A stretch of 64,000 nt of DNA from an uncultured Coriobacteriia bacterium (GCA_963751505.1 CAVVUM010000005.1:5122-69121); one strand, 5' to 3'. Shown: positions 10,419 to 22,407, counted from the stretch's first letter. Made by a program: numbers and translations. Notes: generated by a model from the letters alone, not told the origin.

Positions 10419-12062
10419 ATGCGCCGCATCACCGACAAGCGAACAGTGATCTGGGGGGTGGCCGCGATTATTGCCGCGGCCGCCTTCCTGCTTGCGACCG
10501 CTGTCGCCGGTGACGCCGTGGAGAGCGACCAGCAGACGAGCGCGTCAGCCGAGGCGACGACCGCGCCGGTCATCGACACCGCTGCGCCGATAGAGCCGAC
10601 CCAGTGCGCGCCCTGCCACCTCGACCTCGGCAACGTGACCCAGCCGGGGCTCATCTTCAGCCACGGCAACCACATGCTCGTGAGCTGCGACGGCTGCCAC
10701 GCCCGGATGCCGCACCGCGGCAGCGGGACCGAGACCGTCCCGATGGAGGTCTGCTTCACCTGCCACGGCATCGCGCACGGGCCGCAGGGCGAACTCGCCT
10801 CGAGCGAGTGCCGCGACTGCCACACCAAGTCGTTCGTGCTGCGTCCCAAGACGCACACCGAGGACTGGAAGGCCAAGCCGCACGCGGACAAGGCCAACAA
10901 GACCGGCGTCAACGACTGCATGATGTGTCACGACGCGCCCAAGGACTGCGACGAGTGCCACGAGAAGGAGAACGTGGACGTCGGCAAGATGCCGGATGCG
11001 TACCACTCCCTCGTGCAGCCTCGCGACAAGGGGCCGTCGGTCAAGGTCTACCCGGACGGTCCCGTCTCGATGTCGCAGTGCCAGTACTGCCACCCCGACC
11101 TCGACGAGATCACGCCGGGCCGGCTCATCTTCGCCCACGGCGCGCACCTGCGGGCGCAACTATCGCTGCGAGGCGTGCCACACCGAGTTCGCGCACCAGG
11201 AGAACGGGACGAGCAAGCCCGACATGATGTCGTGCTACCGGTGCCACAGCGTCTACCACAACGGCGGCGGTCAGATCGCCGAGGGGCAGGACTGCTACAA
11301 GTGCCACCCGAAGTCCTTCGAGCTCATGCCCAAGGACCACACGATGCCGTTCATCAAGGGCGAGCACGGCAAGAAGTCGAACGAGGACCCCGCCGTACTG
11401 CGCGATGTGCCACCCGTCCGAGTTCTGCGTCGGCTGCCATCGCGGCGAGAAGGTGAGCCCGAACGCTCCGGGCAAGCCGGTCATCCCCGACGATCACAAG
11501 AAGGCGGCGTGGCGGCACCAGCACGGCGGCCAGTACCTCGCCGGCGAGGGTGCGTGCGGCTCGTGCCACGACGGACCCGTCGTGCAAGCGGTGCCACAAG
11601 ACCGTCATGCCGCACCCCGTCGGCTGGCTCGAAGGACCACTCGCCCGAGCCGGGCACGACGCACCGAGGACTGCAACATCTGCCACACGGACCGCAGTCC
11701 AAGTGCCAGAAGTGCCACCACCAGAACGTGCGCAGCGCGCCGAGCTCATCGAGAAGAACTGCACGCCGTGCCACGACGAGATGAAGCAGAAGCCGGCGAC
11801 CGAGATCAAGAACAAGGGCTTCGCCGAGCACGCCGTGCACTTCGACGTCGCAGAAGAAGAAGGGCAAGCCCTACAAGTGCGACGAGTGCCACGTGGACTT
11901 CGGCACGTCGCGCGGCGGCAAAGGAGCTCGAACTGCAGCAGGGGCACGACCTTCGCTTGTGCTACGACTGCCACGGCGCGCTCGACCCCTTCAACAAGCA
12001 GATCGCCCCGTACAAAGGCGCGGCGCTGTGCGTCCGTTGCCACAAGGACGTCGGACGTCTAG
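10419..12062 (+). CDS. Membrane-anchored or secreted multiheme cytochrome c, ~20 CxxCH motifs (several frameshifts)
   Basis: N-terminal hydrophobic helix; CAPCH, CDGCH, CFTCH, CRDCH, CMMCH, CDECH, CQYCH, CEACH, CYRCH, CYKCH, CAMCH, CVGCH, CGSCH, CKRCH, CNICH, CQKCH, CTPCH, CDECH, CYDCH, CVRCH. Confidence 0.87.
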
Positions 12063-12130
12063 CGGGATCAGCGGCGCGACCATGCGCGCTGACGTCACGA
12101 CGAGAGACACACAGAGGAGTACACACGCGC

Positions 12131-13286
12131 ATGAGTGAGGTTGCGAGCGCCGCCGCGCCGGCTGCAGGCCCTGACAAGAGCAAGTCGCTCGACCGTCTGG
12201 CTCACCGTAGCCATCGCGGCTGCTTGTCAGTTGCGATCCTCGGGTTCGCGGGCTACTTCGCCTACACCGTGTGGACCGAACTACCAGCGGGACCAGCTGA
12301 CCAACGCGCCGATCCGCCTCATCAAGGGCATCGAGGCCGAGGTCCGCAAGACGCCCAACGACGTCATCCTTCGCGTGCGGCTCGGCGAGGCCTACGGCGC
12401 AGCCGGCAAGTACGACCAGGCGGTCGAGCAGTTCAAGCAGGCGCTCAAGATCGACCCGAAGCACGTCGGTGCGTATCTGGACCTCGGCATGGTGGCCGTG
12501 CTCACCGAGAACGACGCGGCCGCCGAGCGGTACTTCAAGAAGGTCATCGAGCTCACCGAGACCGCGCAGATTCGCGAACGTGGACCAGCGTCGCGAGAAC
12601 GCCTTCTACAACCTGGGCTGCTCAAGCTCAAGCAGAAGAAGTACGAGGAGGCGGCCGGCTACTTCAAGGAGGCGCTGCGCATCCGCAAGGACGCCTCGGA
12701 CACCTACGTCTAGTCTCGCGCGTGCGCTGAGGGGCATGGGGGACACGGACGGCGGCGATCGAGAACCTCGAGATCGCGCTCGCCTTCGACCCGGGCTTCG
12801 CCGAGGCGCACTACACGCTCGGCGAGATCTACCGCGAGAAGAAGGACGACGTCAACGCGTCGTACCACTTCCACCAGGCCGCTCGGCTGCGCGCCGGATG
12901 CCGAGCCGCCCCAAGAGGCGCTCGCCGGCTTCGGCACCGCCTCGGACTGGGTCGCGAAGGCGGAGAAGGCTCAGGCAGCGGGGACCGTACCGAGCGCAAT
13001 CACGGCGTACTGGTGGCGCGCAACCTCGATCCGAAGACCTCGCTGCGGCCAAGCTGCACGGCGCGATACTCGACCGAGCGCCGAGAGCTCGAAGGATGCG
13101 ATCGAGGTCTACCTCGAGGCGCTGAAGCGCTGGCGCCGAAGGACAAGGCCGTCCTCGAGGCCCTGAAGCGCTCGAGCGCGAGAACCCGAAGATCGCCATC
13201 GGTGCGTACAAGGCGAAGCTCAAGAAGGACCCGAGCAACTCGATCGTAGAAGGCGCGACTCGACAGGCTGCGACCAAGCCAAGTAG
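12131..13286 (+). CDS. Membrane-anchored tetratricopeptide-repeat protein (frameshifted)
   Basis: TM segment, then TPRs: LGEAYGAAGKYDQAVEQFKQALKIDP, AYLDLG, AFYNLG, YEEAAGYFKEALRI. Confidence 0.82.
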
Positions 13287-13293
13287 CGTCATC

Positions 13294-14861
13294 ATGCGAA
13301 CCGGCACCGCGGAGGATCAGTTGACCAGAGCACAGAAGCGCAAGATCGTCATCGTCGTCATCCTCGTACTGCTGCTCGCGCTGCTTGGCGCGCTACTACC
13401 TGTACTACCGCAGCACGCAGAAGCTCGCGCTCGACATCTCGCCGGTCGACAACGAGTTCGTCGAGCCGCCGCAGTTCCTCTACTCGTTCAACGGCGCCAG
13501 ACACCGGCACGCGCATGCAGCGGCCGGTCGGCGTGCTCGTCGACGGGAGCACGGTGTACGTCGTCGACTCGCGGCGCCACGTGATCGACGTCTTCGACCT
13601 CAGCGGGGCTACAGGCCGCAGCTGTCGGCGCGTCAGAGACGGTCGACGCCGCTCTACATCGCGAAGAACCCCAAGGACGAGCAACATCTACGTCACCGAC
13701 CGCGCACCCGCTCGATCCACATCTTCACGCCCGAGGGCAAGTACCTCGAGCGACTTCGACCCCAAGCTGCCCAAGAACCAGCTCCCCGACTTCGACACCA
13801 AGCGGCGTGCAGTGGGCGCCGGTGGCGCTCGCGTTCGCGCCGGACGGCACGATGTACGTGACCGAGATCCTCAACGGCCATCGCCTGCTCATCTTCGACC
13901 CGAACGGCAAGTTCAAGAAGTCGGTCGGCACGTCGGGCATCGGTCGAACGAGGCCGAGCAAGGCGCCGGAGGTCTTCCAGTTCCCGAACGGGCTCGCGGT
14001 CCGGCAAGGAGGTCTACGTCGCCGACAGCAACAACCGGCGCGTCCAGGTCTTCGACAAGGACGGCGAGTTCAAGCGGATCATCGTCACCCAGGGCCTGCC
14101 GCGGGCATCGCGTTCCTCGGCACGCTTCCCGCAGGACGATGCCACGACGCCCGCAGCGCTTCGTCGTCGTCGACACGCTCGCGCACGACGGCACGATCTG
14201 GAGCGCCGAGGGCGAGAAGCTCGCTCAGCTTCGGCAGCAGGGCGTGCTCGAAGGCCAGTTCAGCTACCCGAACGGCGTCGTCGGTCGGGGCGCAGCAACA
14301 AGATCTTCATCACCGACACGGCCAACGGTCGCGTCCAGGTCTGGGGCTGGCCCGAGCAGGTCTCGCCGGTCCCGATCGCCGCGCATCCCGCAGAACTGGG
14401 TCTTGTGTCTGCTGCCGCTGCTGCTGCTGCCGCTGCTGCTCCTGCTTCCGCAAGCAAGCGCTTCTTCGCCACGGCGGACTTCGTGCTCGAGATGGTCGAC
14501 GCCGGCGAGGTCGACCTGATGCCGCAGCGCGGGCGCAAGTGGTACGTGACCGCCGAAGACTACGAGCAGCTCAAGGACATCGAGCAGGGCGACATCAAGC
14601 TGGCCGAGTTGCTGAACGAGGCCGAGCTACTCCGAGTCCGATGCGCGCGCGCTCAGGAGCGCCTCGAGATCGGCGAGCGCTGACTCGATCATCCTGTCGA
14701 TCGCGAAGCGTCGAAGGTGTTCTGCACGAGGACGAGGAGCTGCGCCGCCTCGCGAAGGTCCTGGAGATCGACGTCGTCGACCGCGTCGAGTACATCGAGC
14801 GGTTCACCCGTCGCGACACGACGTCACGAGCCGCCCGCCGGACGCACCGCGAGAGCAGTAG
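13294..14861 (+). CDS. NHL-repeat beta-propeller membrane protein with second TM and C-terminal cytoplasmic domain (heavily frameshifted; end approximate)
   Basis: PVGVLVDGSTVYVVDS, FQFPNGLAV, VYVADSNNRRVQVF, GQFSYPNG, IFITDTANGRVQVW; poly-Leu TM near 14410-14450. Confidence 0.8.
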
Positions 14862-14894
14862 TGCGGAACGCCTGACGAATCTGGCCGAAAATGC

Positions 14895-14948
14895 TTGACG
14901 AACCTGTGTGCGGCACATAGAGTGTGCACGTTGTAACTTCTGTTACAA
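14895..14948 (+). promoter_or_regulatory. Sigma70-type promoter of the hydrogenase operon with perfect palindromic operator
   Basis: TTGACG (14895-14900), 17-bp spacer, TAGAGT (14918-14923); operator TTGTAAC-TTCT-GTTACAA at 14931-14948. Confidence 0.8.
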
Positions 14949-15244
14949 ACCTGACCAGCATCGTGCAATTGGTACCCACGAAGGAGGGTACTGGGAATAG
15001 ACCACCGGGTTGGAGCCGGCACGAAGACCCGACTGGTCAGTTGACCCTCACCCGATCCAGCACTATCCGTAGCTCCGGTCAGGGTCCTGCCAGCGACTTC
15101 ATTCGAGACGCCGTCTCCACCCGGTCTCCCGCACTGCGGGCCAGAGGAGGTGGCGTTTCTTCATATACCGCAGCTGGGAGAGAGAAGTTTGAGCACGTGG
15201 GCTTACCTGTACTGTTCATCGAGCCAAGTGAAGGAGGAGAGAGT

Positions 15245-16596
15245 ATGGCCATAACCAGGCGACAGTTCGTCACCCGTTGGGTGCCCTTGCTGCCGCCGTT
15301 GGCATGAGCCAGGCCGAGGTCTCGAAGATCACCGAGGCCTTCGCTGGCAACGGCACGACTGCTCGGCGGCACGCTGCGGCAAGCCGAAGGTCGTATGGGT
15401 CCACGGCGCTGAGTGCACCGGTTGTTCGACGTCACTTCTGGGCCTCTTTGAGGACGTCGGACCGGCAAGGCGATTCGAGGGGTACGGCGATCACCACGTC
15501 GGCTGCAGCGCTGCGGTCTCGCGGCGTGAGTCATCCGACGGCGCTCGACGCAGCGGCTGCACCATCGGACTCACGCTCTCGAGTGGCGACTCGTCAACGC
15601 CGATCGACGGCCAACGCGTGAACATCGCGGACGTCGTTGTCGACTTCATCGACCTCAGTATCACGAGACCGTCATGGGCATGGGCGGCGACCTCGCGGCC
15701 CAGTGGCTGGAGGACTTCAGCGACATGCGCCGACACGACACCGAGCCGTTCGTGCTCGTCGTCGAGGGCGCGGTCCAGGACAAGACGCACGGCGGCGCGT
15801 GGAACGACGACCAGCGACGCGCAGCGTGCCGTGGTGCTCGATCGGCATGTCGGCGACGACGGCGGACCGCTCGAGCACGACATGCCCGAGACGTCGTCGC
15901 GACCTCGCACAAGGCCAACTGCGTGGCGATCATCCCGATCGGCCAGTGCGCCACGCTTCGGCGGCTATCCCGGCTGCAAGCCGCCGATCAGCGCCACGCG
16001 CCGACGGGCTGGCGGCTTCAACCCGACGCAGTCGCAGACCGGCGCCATGGGCATCTACGACTACCTGCTCGCGCACGGCGCACTGCCGGCGCGCGCCGAC
16101 AAGGTCATCAACGTTCCGGGCTGCCCGACCAACCCGTGGTGGTTCGTCCTGACGGTCGTCGCTGGCTCGTCGACCTGTCGACCCGTCCGCTGGTCCGCTC
16201 GGCGACGTGCTCGGATCCTGCACGGCTCGCAGGCATCGACCTCGACCGCCGCCGACTGCGACCGCCGCCTCAAGGCCGTCTACCCGACTCCGATCCACAG
16301 CCCGTACTGCCCGCGCTACCGCGACTACGTCAAGGGCGTGTTCGCCGCGCAAGCCCGGCGATCCCGGCTGCCTGCAGAAGCATCGGCTGCAAGGGCCCGT
16401 CGACCAACTCGCTGTGCGGCACGCACGGCTGGAACAGCCAGCAGCCGCAGAACAGCCGCGATGTCAGCCGGCAGGCGTCTCCGCTCAGCCTGCAACGGCA
16501 ACAAGCCGGCGGCCACTGCACGCCGGCTGGCCATCCCTGCATGGCCTGCACCGAGAAGGGCTATCCGGACGCTTCGTCCCGTTCGTGGAGCGCTAG
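15245..16596 (+). CDS. [NiFe] hydrogenase small subunit with Tat signal (frameshifted)
   Basis: MAITRRQFV twin-arginine signal; VVWVHGAECTGC, VLVVEGAV, GQCA.FGG, INVPGCP, IHSPYCPRY, GCKGP, HCT.AGHPCMACTE. No C-terminal TM anchor. Confidence 0.9.
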
Positions 16597-16620
16597 AGAA
16601 GGAAAGGAGGGAAAAACTAG

Positions 16621-18657
16621 ATGGCTATACGATCTTACCGGTACTCGGCAACGATCACGAAGTCGACCCGATCTCACGTATCGAGGGTCACCTCGGCGTC
16701 AAGGTCGACGTCGACGCGGCGGCAACATCACCGAGGCCGACGCCCACGGTAACCTGTGGCGTGGCTTCGAGAACTTCCTGCTCGGCCGCGACGCCAACGA
16801 CGCGATCACGTTCACGCAGCGCATCTGCGGCGTTGCCCGGTTCCGCACGGCATGACGTCGACGTACGCGGTTGAGGCGTGCTCGGCTACAGCCAGCGGCC
16901 ACATCACGTTCTGCACGACGGACCGCCGGCGCCTACGGCGTTCCGCCGAAGGCGGTCCTCATCCGCAACCTGGTGCTCGGCGTCCGAGTTCCTGATGTCG
17001 AGCATCACGCACTTCTATCACCTGGCTGCGCCGAGCTACGTCCAGGGCCCGGCTATCCCGCCGTGGACCCCGTACTTCGCCGACAGCTACTACACCCGCT
17101 GCTTCGTCGAGCCCGCGGTCGGCGCTGACGGCACGGCGCCGCTGCCGGCGTCGTTCCGGACGCCGATCTGGCTCCGATGCACCTCTGGGCCGCGGTCATC
17201 ATCAGTACGTCAAGGCTCTCCGCATCCGCCGCCTCACCTTCGAGGCCGGCGCGCTGTTCGCGGGCCGTATGCCGATGACCTCGTGCTTCGTCGCCGGCGG
17301 CGTCACCCGACAGGCGCACGAGGACCTCGACGGAAGTGCAACAAGTTCCACGACGATCATACGCGAGATCGGCCACTTCGTCATCCAGGAGTACGTGCCG
17401 ATCGTCCTGGCGCTCGGGCGTCCTGTACCCGGACTTCGACAACCTGCAACAACGCGGTCCGACAGCTCGACGGCTCACGATCGCGCACGGCTGCGGCTAT
17501 GGCTGCGGCGCCGGCCTCGGCAACTTCCTCGCGTGGGGCGCGTTCCCGAGATCGACGGCGACGCTCCCGCACCAACGCGCGCTGCGCTTCGCGAGCGGCA
17601 TCTTCAGGACGTCACGGCTCGCGGGCCCGAGCAACTTCACCGTCGTCAACAAGGCCGAGGTCTACGGCAAGTTCCTCGAGCGGCCGCTGCCATCTCGTTC
17701 CGGCTGAACCTGCACCGAGGACATCGCGCACTCCCGCTACGCCGATCACGACGTTCGACGACACCGGCGACGGCTACATCGCCGTCGACGGCACAGCACG
17801 CGCTATCCGGGCGACGTCTCCCGCACCGAAGCCGACGCGCTGACGACGGGTACACGTACATGAAGGCTCCGCGCTGGAGCGGCAACGCCATGGAGGTCGG
17901 CCCGCTGGCGCGCTGGTCGTCGACCGGCCACTATCCCGTCGACGGCACGCACGCTCGCCGACGGTACGTCCCAGGCTACACCGGACATCGTACCTCAACG
18001 GCGGCGCGACGCTCGACATCGCGCGTCCTCGCGGACCACGACTCGTCCACGGCACGATCGTCACACTCCGGGCCACGCCGCCTCTCGGCGTACCGGCGAG
18101 CGGCGCTACATCGGTGCATCGCCGTGCATCACGAGCCTGGACTCATCGCCATCAAGGGCGGCCTGTCCACGATGGATCGCCTCCGCGCTCGTGCGCTCGA
18201 GTCCTCGTCCTCGTCCAGCGGATGATCGGTGCGTTCGACCAAGGCCGACCGGACCTGCGCAACAGCTCAGTTCGCCGACACGGCTGGGTCGACCAGCTCA
18301 AGGCCGCGGCTGGGCGCGGCCTACATACATCGAACAAGCCGATCCCGCCGGTCAGCATCACAGGGCTGGGGTGCACCGAGGCTCCGCGTGGTGCGCTCAT
18401 GCACCATGTGCACCACAACACGGCAAGATCACGGCGTACCAGTGCATCGTGCCGACGACGTGGAACGGCTCGCCGAAGGACGCCGCTGGGACGCGGCGCC
18501 ATCGAGCAGGCCATCATCGTGCCCCGTTCGCACGACGGCACCACTCCAGACGCATCCGTGCGCAGGCGGCTGCGCCAGCACCGCATCGGTCGGTGGCGTC
18601 GAGGCCCTGCGTATCGCCCAGTCCTTCGACCCGTGCATCGCATGCGCGGTACACTAG
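16621..18657 (+). CDS. [NiFe] hydrogenase large subunit, group 1a-like (frameshifted)
   Basis: DPISRIEGH, RGFE.FL.GRD, L1 motif QRICGV(C)PVPHG across an indel, HFYHL, YMKAPR, EVGPLAR, EAPRGALMH, YQCIVPTTWN, L2 motif SFDPCIACAVH*. Confidence 0.92.
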
Positions 18658-18675
18658 AAACAGGAGGTGAGAGAT

Positions 18676-19932
18676 TTGAAGAGACTCTACTCTCGTTCTT
18701 CTCGCTGTTCGCGCTGTCCTCCTCTTCGGCGGCGTGGCGTACGCGAACTTCGGTCCGCACGGCGGATACTCGACGACACCGACTCTTGCGCCGGTTGTCA
18801 CCGGGCTCACACGTCGTTCTCGACGGTGACGTGGACGACGGCACGGCAACGAGCACAGCGCCGTTGCTCTGCTCGTCGCTCGGCGGCGACGATGAGGAGT
18901 TCTGCTACGCGTGCCACGGTGACGCCGCACCTGGCGCGTCGACGAACGTCTGAGCGGCGTCGTTCGACGCCGGCCCCTCGGGCGACTCGGTCACGGCATC
19001 TGCGCGCAACGGCGGCGTCATGAAGGCCTACCGACGGACTCGACGTTCAACGCGGCCCTCAACGGCGGCGGCTTCGTTCATGCTCCGACTCGTAAACTGG
19101 GAGACCAGGCGACTGCGCTTCGCGCCGGTCACGTCGATGCACAACATGGATGCCGGTCGGCGATCTGTGGGGCGACGGTATGCGGTTCCGACCCCGACCA
19201 TGAACCTGACCTGCACCGACTGCCACGACCCGCACGGCTCCTCGAACTACCGCCTGCTCAAGGACGAGGTCAACGGTATTCCGTAGGTGGCTACACCCGG
19301 GCGACGTGCCGGAACGGTCGTCTCCTCGGCCGAGACCGGCTACACGACGGCCGGGCGGCGGCTGGCTCAAGCACGAGGCTGGCCACCCAGATGCAACTAC
19401 GTGCCGAACTACACCGTCGGCAGCTCGCAGATCCGTGCTGGCAGCGCTCGGCAAGACCATCTCGACGTGGTGCGCGGCATGCCACCAGGAGTACGACAAC
19501 CGACAAGCGCCTACAGCTACGGTGACTACGAGGGCGGCTGACCGGTACGGTCGGTCGCGACCCGTCATCGCCACCCGGTCAACATCACGCTCGTTCAGCG
19601 GCGAGGACGTCTTGCAGATCGATGCGCCGGCTACGATTCCTCGATCGAGATGATACCGCTCGAAGTCAAGCCGAACGATCCGGCGTTCGTCGGAATCAAA
19701 TTGGCTGCCTCACTTGCCACTACGCTCATGGCTCCAGTGCGATATGACCGGTTGGTCGGCTGCCCAGCTGGAGAAGAACGACGATAACACGTGGATTCCT
19801 GTCCGCGACGACGGATCGCTGGCGTCAGCCTGACAAGAACGACGACCCTCAGGCCGCTGGTCTCCGAGCGGCACCAGCTCGCTCCTTCGCGCCGACAACC
19901 GCGGCGTGTGCGAACGCTGCCACGACAAGTAG
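18676..19932 (+). CDS. Secreted hexaheme cytochrome c with OmcS-like motif spacing (frameshifted)
   Basis: GGAGG RBS and signal peptide; GPHGGY..DTDSCAGCHRAH, FCYACH, CTDCHDPHG, WCAACH, RHPVN, GCLTCHYAHG, VCERCHDK*. Confidence 0.82.
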
Positions 19933-19976
19933 GGTTTCCCTGAACAACGACGTGGGCATGCATGATGCATGCTGAT

Positions 19977-20007
19977 GGGGGTCCCAGGATTACTCCCTGG
20001 GGCCCCC
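19977..20007 (+). terminator. GC-rich hairpin after the hydrogenase-cytochrome operon
   Basis: GGGGGTCCCAGG ... CCTGGGGCCCCC inverted repeat; weak U-tract. Confidence 0.5.
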
Positions 20008-20120
20008 TCATATTGGTGCGTGTCAGTTCGGCGGTGACCGCGTCTCCGCAGTACGATACGCATATCAGCGAAACCCAGCTATTGGAAGATGGTGATCCGG
20101 TTGTCCTTCGGTCTCCGACG

Positions 20121-21362
20121 ATGCCCAAGCTCCGGCAAGTCCCCAACCTAGCGCGCTACGCTTCGCTCGGCCTGATCGCGAACCCGTTCGCCGGTGCGCT
20201 GGGAGACCGGAGCCCGCAATGGCGTGAGAAATCCAGGCTGCGGGCAACAGGCTTCTGCAGGCGATTCTCGCGGCCTCGCAGCGAGTCCACGCCGAAACCC
20301 TTGTGGGTGGACAAGGATCCAGACATCCCTTCCTCGTACTCCCTGAATGCAGTGAGCCATGCGGAGGCGCTCGCTTGCAACGGATGACTCGCTCAACATC
20401 CTTTACGCGTACGTGCAGCTGTTCATGTTCAGGGTGGGTGTCACCCGGGCGACACTTGGCGTGGTCGCTCGAGCGGTTTCGCGTTTCGGGACATCGAATC
20501 CGTGCTCGCGCTCTACATCGAGCAGGTGCTCGCTGAGCCGGATCACGCCCTGACCTCCTATGCCGTTGTCGGCCCTGAACGGCTTGATGCATTTCGTCGA
20601 GGAGTTTCGCAACGACGTCGGGCGGTTGCGTGACGAGGGTGTTCGGCACGCCTGAGGTCGAGCGCCACGACGAGTTCATCGGCCTTGCGGATCCGCGCCG
20701 CGCGGATCTCGACGATGACGGAGACGAGCAGGACGAGTCGCCAGAGGTCGACGAGACCGTCGGGGACGCCCCGGGCACAGCAGCCCTTATCGCGGAGGCC
20801 CGCCGAGGTCAGCGATGAGTACGAGGGCGTGAGAGACTACCTCATCGAGTACACCCGGGCTCACATCTCGCCCGTGTTGGCGAGGGGGCTGCGGATGTAT
20901 CACGCACGCGGTCTCTCGGCGCTGTCCGAAGAGCTCAAGATTACCAAGGCGCCTCGCAAAACGCTGGCGAAGATCATTGACTGGGCGGAGATCCGCTACG
21001 CCAGGACCGCGCTGCTGTACGACGAGTTCGGCCACTGGCTGGAGATCGAGCCTGACCTCCGGGCGCAGGTGGTCGCCTCTATGACGAGCCTACGGTGGCG
21101 GCTCAAGGACTCTGCCGTCCTGGTGATCATGGCCGCTCCGGGCGAGGCACCGGAGCTTGAGGAGACGTTCGCCGGCGGTCGACGGATCGAGTGGCACTTC
21201 TCGAATCTCTTTACGATGCAGGAGAACCCGGACGCGCTCGATGCTGCGATCATCCGGGGCTGGATCGAGTCCGCCGCACTGCCTGATGAGGCGCGCCCTC
21301 TGTTCTCGGCGGATGCCGGGCGGACAATCGAGGCGGGCGGCTTCCGCCCGCTCGATGAGTAG
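20121..21362 (+). CDS. Hypothetical protein, possibly a degenerate P-loop/AAA-like fold (frameshifted)
   Basis: N-terminal YASLGLIANPF and Walker-B-like LLYDEF; no clear Walker A seen. Start uncertain. Confidence 0.45.
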
Positions 21363-21471
21363 GTACCTGAGGGTCGCTCGCGCTGCGGTCGAGCACGCCG
21401 CCGACCGCGCGCTTGATGCGGTCGACGGCGGTTGCCGTCGACGCCGCCATCGCGGAGCTCGGTGATGCGAC

Positions 21472-22370
21472 GTGAGTCCCGACTTGCGGACGCGCCTGGC
21501 AGGGCTGACGACGCGCAAGGCGCTGCTCTCGGGCCTTGCCGGAGTGGCTGTGCTCGCGCTCGTGGTCTTTGCCTTCTCCGCGCTGTCTCCTTCGGGTACC
21601 GCTCGGGGGGCAGCGGCGACCAGTCGACGTCCGGCACATCGACTGCGAGTCTCACGCAGCAGTCCTTGGCCGCGCTCGCGTCCGGTGACGCGACCGAGGC
21701 GGTCAGACTCGCGGAACTCGCGGTGAGGAGAGCCCGAAGTGATCCGGTAGTGAAGGCGGCGCTCGTCAAGGCGACGGCGGTGCAGAAGTCGCAGTCGGCC
21801 TCGGTGACGAAGTCCGTGCAGTCGACATCCAAGATGGAGCGGAAGGACTCGACCTCGAGCGGGTCCGGCTCGACCTCGGGAGAATCCTCCCCTGGGGGCT
21901 CGGCCTCCACTGACACCTCGCCCGCGGCTCCACTCCTGAGCAGCCAGCGCCCACCGACGACGCCTTCCTCACGAAGGTCCCGAAGATGGCGGCGCTTCTG
22001 CCGAGCGAGTTCACCAAGTTCGCTCTTGGCGATATCACGACCACGGAGGACCAGGCGCAGGTGTCGGCCACGTCGGCCGAGCAGTCGTCAGCCATCGGGC
22101 AGATCATTTGGACCGTTCACCAGCGCGCGGACGCCGCTCGCGCAGGCCTTCATGGCCAGCACGACCCAGAAGCTCTACGCAAAGACGCATCCACCAACCG
22201 ATCGACGGCGCCGAGGCGTACTTCGGCACCGACGGCACAAGGTATGCTACTGCGACCTATGTACGCGGCCGGTAGTCTTCGAAGTGCTCGTCGCTGTGGG
22301 CGACTCAAGACCCGCAGGCAGCAAGTCGCAGGCGGTTGCCGCAGCCGAGGCGTTCAAGGACGCTCCCTAG
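21472..22370 (+). CDS. Membrane-anchored extracellular protein with Ser/Thr-rich linker (frameshifted)
   Basis: N-terminal TM helix GLAGVAVLALVVFAF, S/T/G-rich stretch, globular C-terminal domain. Confidence 0.6.
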
Positions 22371-22407
22371 CGCCCGAGTGACGCTCTAGACGTTGGGTAG
22401 GGTTCGT

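Noticed and set aside
18620..18657. [NiFeSe] hydrogenase
   Set aside because: The L2 motif is DPCIAC with TGC codons; there is no UGA at the Sec position.
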